In this document: piece after piece, positions 11,701 to 23,633 of the stretch
Layout: every line of letters begins with the position of its first letter
Numbering within the stretch: the first letter of the stretch is position 1
Source of the DNA: Blastocladiella emersonii ATCC 22665
Lineage: Eukaryota > Fungi > Blastocladiomycota
NCBI GenBank assembly: GCA_025594325.1
Contig: JANHCV010000001.1
Location: 434,001-498,000 of the forward strand
Length of the DNA stretch: 64,000 bases
Direction of reading: 5' to 3'
Program-made: the position numbers and the translations under genes
Notes under the pieces: model-generated
Database searches by the model: none
The model's input: only the letters and a program-made list of their open reading frames with translations
Told to the model about the DNA's origin: nothing

Positions 11701-13084
11701 GCACCGACAGGAATGGCGCGAGAGTTTGCCGATGCCGATGGCGATGGCGATGCCCGCCGTTGAGTGGCGGAAGAAGACGACCACACGTCGTGCTCGGCCC
11801 AAGCACCAGCTTCAACGTTGAAGAGTACGCCGCCAGGGCCGATGCGCAGGTGCGGCTGGATCGTGGGAGCAGAGCACTGCTGCGGCGCCGGGAGCACGTA
11901 CGGATCGGCTTCGAGCTGCACGAGCCAGGTGACGAGCATGTTGTTGAGCGATCCGGGGGGCAGTCGCGGCTGAGACACCGGAGACCAAGTCGGACACCAG
12001 AGCGTGAGCAGCGGCGGCGATAGAGAAGCGGAAGCTACCTCGGCCAGCATGGACCGCGACGGGATCGGGGCGTGCGACCGAAGCAGCACGCGCACGCCGC
12101 GGGCGGCTCCCGGGACACCTGCGCGCAGGCTACGGTTGACGGCGTCCGCGTCGAGGTAGAAATCGAGCTCGCAGTGAAACCAGCGGTGCCTCTTCCACGA
12201 ATTGGCGTCCTGCGGCGCCACCATCTCGGCTGCCGGGATTGGCTGCGTCGAGCGGCGCCACGCCGGGTCCGGCGGCGCGGTCGGGGTCTCGCTGACCGCG
12301 ACCACGAAGTAGGGCGCGGCGGCGGGGGCCCTGAACCGCGCGTAGCTCGCGGCCGGCTCGGGGTCCGAGTCGAGCGCGACCGCAATCTGGTTCTGGAAAT
12401 CGGTGCCAGAAACGGGAACGCGGCCACGGCGGCCGTGCAGCGGGAGCGGGCCCTGCTGTAAGGCGTGGTACGTGGCAAGGTGGTAGTACTGCGCCGATGG
12501 CGGTGCTGCGGTGGTGGCGACTACACGCGGACCGATTTTTTGCAGGGCGGGACGCGCAGGTGTTACAGCAGGAGGTCAGTTTGTCGCTACTCGATGCAAG
12601 CGGTATGCCGTGACGCACCAGCAGAAACCGAAAAAGGTGAAACGGGTGAGAGTAGGCCGAGATTGGCTTGGGCGGAGGAAGCAATGTGAGTGTGCTGCGA
12701 AGAGTCGTGTAACAACAGGGAAGCCACGACGCCGTCCTCGTCGGCGAGGTTCCGGATCGGCGCGCACTCGCTGAGAAGCTTGCGGGCCTCGGCGCCGTCC
12801 TTGCAGCGCTGCTCGAGCAGCGACGCGGGCGTGTGCGGGAACGGGCACCACCACCCGCGCGCCACGCGCTCGGCGAGGACGCGGCGGTCAAAGTCGGCTG
12901 CGTCGAGCGGCGGCGGCGGCAGATTGGCGGGGTCGAGATCGAGATCGCGAAGCTGTTGTCGAGTAGCGTTGTCGGGGACTTGGTCAATCGCAAGAAGCAG
13001 CGATGCTCGGACGGCGTCAAGTTGCGCGACGGGCGCGTCAAAGTCGACCACCGCCGTCGGGTCCATGGCGTCCATTCGTTGCAT
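8795..13084 (-). pseudogene. Inverted paralog of the 2011..6152 SNF2-RING-like gene; intron 12521..12618; two apparent 1-nt frameshifts (~11545-11590 and ~9495-9503)
   Basis: Collinear with copy 1 over its whole length and has a 98-nt phase-1 intron at the same position. The frame changes between ORFs 11274..12305, 9499..11520 and 8795..9487. Assembly error is not excluded. Confidence 0.7.
8823..9269. repeat. 447-bp perfect inverted repeat, right arm (partner 5675..6121)
   Basis: Exact reverse complement of 5675-6121. Confidence 0.9.
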
Positions 13085-13368
13085 CTAGTTAGAGTCGGCG
13101 TGCAATGCGGGTGGCGGTATACCAACAGGGCGGCGGGAGGGAGAGAAAAGTGCGGACCGCCGCGTGGGAACGGCCGCCGCCACTGGCCAATCCGAGACGC
13201 GTCGGTCACGTGCGCCTGTCAAGCGCGTCGTCGTTGCGCGGAACGGCGAAACGTTCAGCAAACCAGAAAACTCAAAAGGAAATTCGGTTTATATTCAGTT
13301 TCAAGTTCACAGTTCTGTCTAGTTCAGTTCTCTAGTCGCTCCAGTGCCCGGCCACACCCTTTTCTGCT

Positions 13369-13530
13369 GTGCGTTACGCTACATGTCGGCTCCCCTTCCC
13401 GCAGGCTTTACATCCATCTGCCCGGGCCCTTTCGTCTGGTGGGATTCGATCCGGGGGGCAGAGGGGGGACGATGCGTGACATACGCGTACGCGCCCGGCG
13501 AAGGTGGGGGCCAATCCACCAACGCCCGAC
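13369..13530. repeat. Conserved non-coding element, copy 3
   Basis: The core at 13487-13530 differs from the other copies at 3 positions, all within the 8-nt spacer. Confidence 0.85.
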
Positions 13531-13696
13531 CTTGCTACGCCGAGAAACTTTGCCCATACCCATGTGCGGTTGTTGCTCGTGCATATCCGTCGCCCTTCTG
13601 CATGGATGGCGGACGGCTGACGCGCGGTCAGGGCCCCGATAGTTCAGTTGCACTCACTCAAAGCCCCTCAACGTCTTGCAGTTTCTTTCTCACTCC

Positions 13697-15150
13697 TCAA
13701 CTCAACAACGTCACAATGTGTGATAGGTGGTTCGCAGTCTCGTGCGGAGCATCGATCGGCTCGCGATGGGATTCAAGCTCGTCAAGCGCCTGGCATGAGA
13801 ACATGATGATGGCCATGGCCTCGGGTCATGCGTTCGCAGAAGCCGATGGCTGCTGCGTTCCACAGCCGCGGATCGGGGTGAAGGCGCATCGTCCGAGCAC
13901 TCGCTGGCCCGCGACGTTGAGTTCGCGGACCACAGTTTCGGGGCCGAAATGAGCAAGGACACGCAGAAGCTTGATCTTGAAAGTCTCCTCGCCATCAGCA
14001 GAAGCGGGATCGGCGTCGTCCGACAAACTGACTCGCGTCCGCTCCATCGGGAGCACTCAATGAAGTGACCGGTCATGCGTCAAGCTCGCAACAGGCACCG
14101 AGTGCTGCGTGAGACTCGGCAGCACGCCGTGAATTTAAGACAAGGCTGATCAGAAAAGCAGCAACCGCAGCTCTTGCCTCAGGGAAAGGTCTCTTGAATG
14201 CTCGACTAGGAAGCTTGCACGAGCACACGCTCTGAATCTGGATAGAACATCGGGCGTCGGACACTCGTCGTCGCCAAACTCGGGATTGTCCTTGCCGAGC
14301 GACGCGAGCCAGTCCAACAGGTGCTCGACGGCGGCTTGCTCGCGTCTCAAAGTACCGGATCGAACTTCCCATGAGCAAAAGGAGGTCAATGACAAAAGAT
14401 ATTGCTTCTGCGAAAGCAGCATCGCAATGCACGCGAGCGATGCAGCGACTGGCCGATGATCCCTGGCCGTTTTGCGGCAGCGGGGAATGGTGCCTGGATC
14501 AGAGCAAGCTGCTTGAGCAAGTCCGACCACTGCACGTTCGCGTTCACTTGTGTGAGGGCTCTTATCTTAGACTTCGACTGGAAAGAATTGGAGAGCTTAC
14601 CGGGGTTGATCAAACTTGAAGTCGGTGCTGTTGATGCAAGCGATTACGTCGTTGGTACTCGCGAGCGAATTCGGCTGTGTTGAGTGGCGAAGGAGGGGAC
14701 TTCGAGGAAACACGATACAGCTAGTCAGGGTTGTGTATTCCTGCCTCGGCCCCGAACCAGGGCTGGGTGAGGGAGAGCTGAAGACAAAAGCGGGAGCGCC
14801 GCCGCGGGGTCGCGGCGGGGCGGAAGAGGCGGTTGCGGGCGAGAACACGCGAGATAAGGTGGACGATCGCCCCGATCACCACCGCATGAACGACGCGTAA
14901 CAGGCTGTTCGCAGGTCCTCGAATCCAAGACGTCGGCCAACGACATCCGCCAGCCGGAAGCAACGCGCTCGGCATGAACAAGGATGGCGCGGTACTCGGA
15001 TCCGGTCACGTCGACGGGAGGACGTGTGTTACGCGGAAGCAGTGCGTCGACGGCAAGCGGAACAAAAGGTGCAAGAACAGGCGCCGCGGCGGCGGACCTT
15101 CGTCCGCGCGTGGTCCGCGGTCGCTTTGCAGCAGGTTCATCAGCTGTCAT
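13697..15150 (-). pseudogene. Decayed gene of unknown family with in-frame stops
   Basis: ORFs 14150..14530 and 13826..14056 share one frame, broken by TGA 14150, TAA 14135, TGA 14057 and TGA 13826. Possible 5' part starts MTADEPAAKRPR at 15150. Confidence 0.35.
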
Positions 15151-17228
15151 GGTGGTCGTAAACCAACCTAAACCAAAACCTTGAGCCTGGAAGCGGGAAG
15201 GGGTGGTCGCACTTTGATCGCGAGCTCCCCTGCATCCGCGGTTCATGGGAGCGCGGCTCGGGCAAGCGTCACGGACAGGTTCATCGAGCGTGTTGCATAG
15301 AGCCTTTCATCTGATTCATGGGCAGCGGCGCCGAGGTGCGATCATAGTTGAGAGCTCGGGTCAAGGGGTCGCGCCGGCGGCGCCTTCACCTCGCGGCTGC
15401 CACACCCTCTCGCTCGCATTCAAGTACTCACGAGGATCGCGGGACGGGTAGCAAAGCGTCTCTTGCGACGAGAAGGAGGAAGGGCGCGCGATAAAAGGCA
15501 TGAAGGGGCGCTGGCTCACGCGACCGACGCGACCAACGCGTCGCTCATCCGAGCCGCGTCGCAGCACCAGCGCGGTGCCGAGAAGTGCGAGAGATCCCAG
15601 GAGTAAGAACGTCCGCGGCGTGTTGGCGGGCGAGAGCAAGTGCAATGGAGCGGAAGCGACGAGATCGAGGGCCCGGCGACGGATCGAGAGCGCGGCTACG
15701 GTGGCCCGACGCGTGTAGGGCGCGATCCGGCTCGCGAGGTCAGGGAACCATGGACGGCTCGATGGAAGAGCGAGGTGGCGGAGATCAATGGTTGCGGGAG
15801 CGAGAGTGCTGCGCCGATGCGGAGAGACGCGGTTGATGAGCGACGAGCGCATGGGAACGGCTTGTGCGCGACTGGCAGCGCTTCATCATCACCGCGCCCT
15901 CGGCCACGTCGGATCAGCATGCCCATCACCGGCCACAGAACAGCAGTGCATCGGCCCCTCGTCGCGCCCATGCTCGGCCGCGCAGCTGGGCAAGATCCGG
16001 TCGGCGTTTTTAGTGGCGCCGCGCATCGGCACCGCCGACCTCGGCCCGTCGCGTTGCACCCAGTCGCGCCCCGACATGTCCTTCTCGTTGGCCCGCGATC
16101 CATCGACCTGCATCTTCATGGGCGAGCGATCGCCGGTCACGGGCGCGGAACACGCTTTCGCTCGCCTCGCCCCCTGCTGCGACCCTGCCTGCTGCCACGC
16201 TCGGACCGCTGGCCGGCACACGCGACGTCTCCCGCCAGCGCACCCACTCGCGCGCCGTGTTCGCGTCCGCACTCTCGGTCAATCGCTTCGCGACCCGCTC
16301 GATCGCCCCGCTCTTATCCGGCGCCATGATAATCACCCGGCAAACGTGCCCGCTTGGCGCAACGCGTCTCGCGTCTCGCGCCCGCACGCGCCGCGCCACC
16401 GCGCCCTTGTCTCCGCTGCCGCGCGAACGACGCCGGTGTCTCCCCGCATGTCGACCGCGACGCGTTCCTCGGCACGAGCGAGAGCGCGAGCGCAATGCAC
16501 CCCGCCGCCCGCCGTGCTTGCCCGCCCGCCGTGCGATGCTGCTGCGATCCATGCCGCGGCCGCCGGTCGCCTCTGCTCTGCTCTTCATTTCAACCCGTGA
16601 GTCCGCAACTCGCGCCGCCCAGATCCGTTCTACATCACCGACCTCCTCTCGGCCTCGATCGGCTCGATCAGCACATCGTCGTCGCTGTCCCTCACGGCGG
16701 CGGCCTCGCGCGACGCGCCGTGGACCTGGCTCCCTGGCTCCCGGACCTCGACTCAACCACCGCGACAACCGCATCCGCGTGGTGGATCGTCCTCTCGGCC
16801 ACCAACTTGACGTTGGTCTCGCCGGGGCCGGCCGCCTCACACACGCGCATCGGCTTTTGGTACGCACCATCCCCTGATCTGCTACCCACCGTACCAACAA
16901 CCCGAATGACACCCGCGTTCCGTGTAGCCCTTGAGGCTCAGCAGCGTGTTTTCGCCAAGGAGGTCGCGCTCACCCAGTACGACCACAAGCCGTTCAAGTA
17001 CCGGTCGCTGCACCCGACCCTGCCGCGGTGACAGGCCACGTGGGAGGCTGAACGCCAAGCCGCGCGCCCATCGCCCGCCGGTCACACGCACCGACAACGG
17101 CGCCATTTTCTGGCCTTGATGAACGACTGATGGGAACCTGACGCTCTCCCTCCCCAGCAACGTAGCAAGTAGCAATGTTAGTCCATGCATCTAGTCCCCC
17201 CGACGACAGCGGCTCCATCGACACCACC

Positions 17229-18225
17229 ATGTCCGCCGCCGAGGCCGTCCTGACGAGCGCCGAGCTCATCTGGGTCGTCTTCGACGTACGCCGCACTCGG
17301 TTTCCCGAGGCTCCGCTCAAGCTCTAAACGCCCTCGTTCCATCGCGTAGCACCTGGACGACACGGACCTGCGCACGCTCGCCATGATGCCCGAGTTCTCA
17401 TCCCTCGTCCGCTCGCCGCCGTTCGCCCGCTCGCGCCGCGCCCGGCACCGCGCGCGCCTGTCGCTCCTCCTCTCGGGCACCGCCGACGCCGCGGCCCCAC
17501 TCGGCCTCGCTCGCGCACGCCGCGCCTCGCTGCCCTCGCTCGTCTCGCGCAACCTGGTCCGCGGGGGCGCCGTGACCGTGCGCCTGGCGTCCGAGGGCTT
17601 CCCGGTACTCGGCCCCGAGCACGCGGCGCGGTGCGAGCTCGCAACGAAACTATCCGACTTTCTCCTGCGCAAGCGGCTGACCGCGCGGCTCGCGGCGCGC
17701 AGCGAGCCGTCGCTGCTCGCCGACCGGAACATCCTCGTGGGCGGGTGGCCGCTCGCGCTGGATGCGCCGGCGCTCGTCCCGCGGCGCGTCGCGCTCGAGG
17801 CGGCAAGAACGCGCGACACGCTGGCGCGGCGGCTCGCGGCGCGGCCGCCCGTCGCGGAGCTGTACGCGGCGGGCGTCGTGCCCGTGCACGCGGTCGCCGC
17901 GCCGTGTGCCGGGTACCTGTCGCTGCTCCCGCAGCAGGTCGTGCTGGCGAACTTGCTGGTCGCGCGGCAGCTCGCGGTGCGGGTCGCGCGGCGGCCGGTC
18001 GTCGTCGAAGATGGGGCGTTGGACCCGAGCTGGCTCACGCCGCCGCTCGTGTCGATCGACCTGGAGCGTGTCGCCGAGGAGATGGACGCGTGGCTGCGTG
18101 CGCGCGTGTCGCCGCTCGACCTCGCGTCGAAAAAGCTGCTCGTCGACCGCGACCTCGCGCTCATGGTGTGCCCGAGCGTGCGCGACAAGGTGCGGTACTT
18201 TGAGACGCTGGCCGCGACCGCGTGA
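17229..18225 (+). CDS. F-box-like plus RPEL-repeat protein; join(17229..17285,17350..18225)
   Basis: A GTACGC..TAG intron gives LTSAELIWVVFDHLDDTDLRTLAMM (F-box-like). RPEL-like repeats: RLTARLAARSEPSLLADRNIL, TLARRLAARPPVAELYAAGVV. Confidence 0.7.
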
Positions 18226-18271
18226 GTTTGGAGGGTGAGAGAGTTAATCCGTTGTCTTCTATATAAAAAAG

Positions 18272-20057
18272 CTACTCTGCTGCTTCCGCCTCCGCCCTGG
18301 CCTTGGCGTGGTGCTGCTGCGGCCGCACGGTCGGGAACGGCATCACCTCTCGGATGTGGTGCACGCCCGTGAGCATCATGATGAGCCGGTCGACGCCGAG
18401 CCCCCACCCGGCCGTCGGCGGGAGACCGTACTCGAGCGCGCGGCAGTAGTCTTCGTCGAGCGGCTGCGCTTCCACGTCGCCCGAGTCCTTGTCCTGTGGT
18501 CGCGCGCGCGAGAGCGTCAGTGAGGGTCGAGCCACGGCCGTAAGCAAGTGAACGGTACCTTTTGCTGCTGCGCAAACCGCGCGCGCTGCTCGTCCGGGTC
18601 GTTGAGCTCCTCGTACGCGTTGACCACCTCCTTGCCGGCAATGAACAGCTCGACGCGCGCCGCGATCGCGGGCTACGATGGAAAAGAGTCAGCTCCCTGC
18701 TCGAACCCAAAAAGCTGCGCCAACGTACGTTCTCGGGAACCGACTTGGCGAGCGGGCTCATGACGCGCGGGTGGCCGCGGACAAAGGTGGGCTGGACACA
18801 CTCGGGCTCGATGAGTTCCGAGATGAGCGCGTCGATGAGCCGCGGGACCGTGTGCGGCGCGTGCGGGAGCTGGACGCGGTGGCGCTTGAAGATGGCGACG
18901 AGCTGGTCCGCCGCGTCGAGGGCCTCGAGGTCGGCGGGCAGCGGCTCGCCGAGCTTGGCGGCGAGGAACGGGACCACATCAATGACGCGGAACGGTTTCG
19001 TGAAATCGATCTCGTGCGTGGTGTGGCCGTCCATGGACACGGGCACGGCGCGCGCGCCGGACTCGCCGTGGACCATGACGGCGAGCTCGCGCAGGAGGTC
19101 CTGGGTCGTGACGAGCAGGTCGTCGAGCGTCGCGTACGCCTGGTAGAACTCGCACGTCACGAACTCGGGGTTGTGGGTGGCGTCGAACCCCTCGTTGCGG
19201 AACTGCTTGCCGAGCTCGTACACGCGCTCGAACCCGGCGACCACCAGCTTCTTGAGGTACAGCTCGGGCGCGACGCGCAGCGACATGCTCATGTCGTAGG
19301 CGTTGGCCGTGGTGACGAACGGCCGCGCGTTGGCGCCACCGGCGAGCGTCGACAGGACGGGCGTGTCGACCTCGACGAACCCGCGCGCGTCAAAGAAGTC
19401 GCGGATCCGGCGCATCACGCGCGCGCGCACCAGCAGCCGCTGCTGCAGGCCGCGGTTCACGAGCAGGTCGACGACGCGGTTGCGCGCGCGCTTGTCGGCG
19501 TCCTTGATCCCGGCCTTGAACGGGATCTCGTGCTTTGCGGGCGCCAGCACCGACCCGGACTCGGCGATTAGGCTCAGCTCGCCCGTCCCCGTCTTGCCCG
19601 GGAACCCCGCAAAGTAGGCGAGGTCGCCGACGTGCATGGCGTGCTTGATCCGGTCCCACTCGGCCGCGTCGGCCACGTTGCTCCGCGACACCATGACCTG
19701 CGCGCGCGCGTCCAGCGACTGCAGCGTGAGGAACACCAGCTTGCCGCTCGCATCCCGCCGCGACACGATGCGGCCCGCGACGGCACGCTTGGTCGATGGG
19801 TCGCGCTCCTTGGCCGCGAACCGCGCGTCGAACTCGGCGTGGAACGCGGCCAGAGGTGTCGGGGACAGCGCGTGCCGGAAGCTCGGGTACTGCGTCGCGG
19901 GTGGCGCGGCAGCGGCGGCGGGCGTGGTCTCGGACGTCGCAGTAGCCGTGGTGGACTCGGCGCGGCAGGTCACGGTCAGGCGCGGCACGACGGCAGCGGC
20001 CGGGCAGCGCAGGCGCGAGGCGCGAGATACATGGGAGCGGGCGGAGGATGCTAACAT
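18272..20057 (-). CDS. MSK1: Mitochondrial lysyl-tRNA synthetase (class II); complement(join(18272..18493,18559..18672,18729..20057))
   Basis: Arg/Ala/Ser-rich presequence, OB-fold, [31 protein letters not shown]...[21 protein letters not shown]. Two canonical phase-0 introns. Confidence 0.92.
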
Positions 20058-20304
20058 GGTGCTAATCGAGCAGGGAGCGGGGGGAGAGAGAGCGTCGATG
20101 GATGGCGATGATCGCTGCAGCGCAACGCGTGCCTTCCTGTCCGAGTTTCGATCACGACGCGGCGCAAAACCGCGGTTTCACCTCATAATCGTCTCGCAGC
20201 GACCACCATCACTCTTTCGCGTTCTCTCTCCCCCCATCCTGCACCTGAAGGCTGCGGCGCGGCACCGGCTCCCTGCAACGGACTCTCATGCATCTCGGGC
20301 GACC

Positions 20305-23300
20305 ATGAGCGGCCGCTACAATGTATGCCGGCCGCTTTCCCCCCGCGATGACTCGGCGGGCAGCTGACAGTGATGCGCAACACCCGCGGCTAGCCCCACG
20401 CCATCGGCAGCGCGCTCCGTGCGACGCTGCTGCCCGTCCTCAAGTCGTTCAGCCAGCAGCACAGCCTCGGCAGGAGCGGCAACAAGCCGCACTTCGTCGA
20501 CCGCATCCTCATCTGGGTCAACTCGGCGCGCAACGCCGACGAGCTGCGGACCCGCGTCAACGCGGTGCGCAACATGGTGTACGTCTCGAGGACTGTGAAC
20601 GACACTGGAGTATGCCCTGGAACCTAACGAGCACGGGCACGGTGCAGGACCCCCGGCCACAAGGACTCGATCGACGTCGAGGCCGAGGTGCGCAACCGCA
20701 TGCCGCAGGCCCCGCCGCCTCCGCCACGGAATCCGCCGCAGCCGGGCTCTTCGTCGTCGAACTCGCACCTGCGCCAGCCGCCGCCGCGGCCGCAGCCGCA
20801 GTTCCAGCAACTGCACCAGCACCAGCCGCCGCCGCGCACCCCCGTCATGAGCGCTCCAACGGCCGCCGGCTGCATCCGGACCGACTGGGGCAACATCCCG
20901 TACGACGACCTCAAGTGGCGCACCGAGCCCTTCTACTCGATCGTGTCCGTGCTCGGGTCCAACCACCTCGCCGCGGGCAACATGTCCGACAAGGTCACGT
21001 TCCAGCTCGACCAGGACTCGCTGCGCAAGATCATGTACGCTCCGACTCTGCTATTCTACTGTTCAAAACCGCTCACTCTACCTTTCGCGCCACTGCATAG
21101 CGACAACGAGAAGCAGTACCGCGTCGTGATCCTGGTCTCGTACAAGGACGCGCTGTACCTGGCGTCGCGCTACACGCTGCGCGGCCGCCCGTGCGCCGCC
21201 CTCATCGAGTCGCGCTTCGTCGACAAGATCAGCGTCAACAGCTCGCCGCTCGAGGGCGTGCGCCAGAAGACGCACCTCACCGACAAGGGGAAACCCGACA
21301 AGGCCCACCCCTTTGACATCACCCACCTCGTCGCCAAGTCTACGACCCAGCAGAATATCGCCATCGTGTCCAAGTTCTCCAACAAGTCCCCGCTCGCTGC
21401 CGTCGTAGCGCTCGTCCGCCGCAAGTCCACCGACGAGGTGCTCGAGCTCATGGGCAAGAACGTCGCGCCCGCCGCTGATCGGATCAAACAGAGTACGTCC
21501 TTTCGAGTACTTGCCGCGCCGAGCGATTCAAACTGACACCTTTCGTCCCATAGTCATCGAGGTTAACAAGAGCGTCGCCGACGACGACGACTTCATCGTC
21601 GAGACGAGCACCATCTCGCTGCGCGACCCGGTCATGGCGTGCCGCATCGCGACGCCGGTCCGCGGCCGCGACTGCCAGCACGCCGAGTGCTTTGACGCGC
21701 GCACCTTTGCCATGATGAACGAGCAGACGCCGCTGTACCAGTGCCCGCACTGCCACAAGCCCGTGGGCGGCGCCGAGCACCTGCCGCTATCCGCCATCGA
21801 CGGGCTGTCGCGCGACTCGGCCTTCTTCAACCACCTCCAGCGCATGGAGCGCACGCTCGGCATGCTCGTCGGGTTCAACGTCCTCGACGAGGTGCTCGTC
21901 GACCAGCACTTTGCCGACATGCTCCCGCGCGTCAGCGAGAACGACGACCAGGTCACGCTCGATATCAACACGGGCATGTGGCGTATCGCTGCCCCCGCGC
22001 CCGCGCCCGTCGCGGCGGCTGCGGCCGTGGCTGCGAAAAAGGAGCAGCCGCGGTCCGCGTCCGCGACCACCGAGTCCCTCGTCCTCGCCTCGGACGACGA
22101 GGACTCCGGCGCAGCGGCACCGGCACCGGCACCGGCACCGAAACCCGCGACCGCGACGCTCGCGTCCAACGTCATCTCACTCCTCGACTCGGACGACGAC
22201 GAGGACGAGGCGCCCGCTGCGCGCGCGTCCGCGCCTGCCGCGTCGTCGACGAGCTGCGACAACTTCATCGACCTGACCATGGACTCGGACGACGAGGTCG
22301 ACGATACCGCGAGCACCGCGACCGTCATCGAGGACGCGCCGTCCGCGGCGGCATTGGCCGCGGCCAGGGCGGCGGGATTTGCAGCTCCTGCTGATGCGGC
22401 ATCGGCAGCTGCTGCGGCTGCTGCGGCATCGGCGACCGCTGGCCGTCCCCCCGCGCCATCGGCCGCGCGAGCCCCGACCGCCGATCTTATTCTCCTGTCA
22501 CCGCCCGCGCCCACGCCCACGCCCGCCCCGGCAGCGCCCGCCTCGGCCGCCGCGCTCGCGCCCGGGCAGGTCCGCCCGCGGACACCGGCGGGCGAAGGCG
22601 AAGGCGAAGGCGAAGGCGAAGGCGAAGGCGAAGGCGAGGCCGAGGCTGACCCGTCGGCCAAACGGCAGCGCGTCGACGGGCCCGCGTCGTCGTCTAGGCC
22701 AACTATGTCGCACCCGCGCCCCGCCACCATCCCGCGAAGCATTGCCCGGTCTGTCGATCGCACGGGCACGGCGTCTCCGCGCGTCGTCATGCCGGTGACT
22801 TCTGGTCGGTCCTCGCCAACCATCGTCAAGGCGCCCGCGCCGGCGCCGGCGGTTCGCGCAAATTCCGCGGGTGCCGTCGCGGGTGGGAGCGGTGCGGGTG
22901 GGACCGGTACGAGCAGCAGCGGTACCGCGCCGGGCGTGACGATCAACGCGGCGGCGCTGCAGCCGCGGCAGTCCATGGCCGAGGTGTACGCCGGGATGCC
23001 GGCGGCGTACCAGCAGAAGCAGCAGGCGGCAGCAGCGGCGTACCAGCAGCGGCAGCAGGCGGCAGCAGCGGCGGCAGCAGCGGCGGCAGCAGCGGCGGCA
23101 GCAGCGGCGGCAGCAGGATCTGGCCGCCCGGAGGGTGTCCCGTGGATCCGCCGCCACGACACGCCGACGCCGCTGCTGGTCCAGCAGGTCACGCAGCTGC
23201 ACCAGAACGTGACCCAGTTCGCCCAGCGCGTCCAGCAGCAGGCGGCCGCCACCGGTCCCCCGGTCCCTCCCCCGCAGCCGCAGCGCCAGCTGTCGATGCC

Positions 23301-23511
23301 CGAGCTCCTCGCGCAGGCCCAGCTCCAGGCGCAGATGGCGCCGCCGCCACCCGCGATCCAGCAGCTGCGGCAGCAGGCCGAGCAGCTCAACCAGATAGTG
23401 ATGCAGACATCGTCGCCGGCGCCGAGCGGAAGCAGCATGGGCCAGGGCTCGAGCAGTATGCCGGGCAGCAGCAGCGGCGCGGGCCCGGGGCAGCCATCAC
23501 CCGAGTACTGA
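20305..23511 (+). CDS. SIZ1: SIZ/PIAS-type SUMO E3 ligase (SAP-like, PINIT-like, SP-RING), about 5 exons
   Basis: ISLRDPVMACRIATPVRGRDCQHAECFD...YQCPHC SP-RING, N-terminal SAP-like LKSFSQQHSLGRSGNKPHFVDRI, SIM-like VISLLDSDDDE, low-complexity tail. Confidence 0.85.
22591..22640 (+). repeat. (GGCGAA)n hexamer tandem repeat encoding GE repeats
   Basis: Visible directly in the sequence, inside the SIZ CDS. Confidence 0.85.
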
Positions 23512-23633
23512 GCTGGCGGAGGTGGAGGGGGTCGTGTATCAATATATGTGCTTGGTCGTACGCCAGCGAACGAGTAGTAGAGGAATGAATTGGGAGTGGG
23601 AGGTGGTATACAAAAAGGTTTGGGCGACAACGC

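Noticed and set aside
15250-17100. Coding-like fragments (15361..15852, 15889..16272, 16354..17031)
   Set aside because: No recognisable motif and no consistent gene model could be built.
17178-20057. 959-aa LysRS as given in the ORF track
   Set aside because: The ORF reads through an intron into a wrong frame. Splicing gives a normal LysRS ending at 18272.
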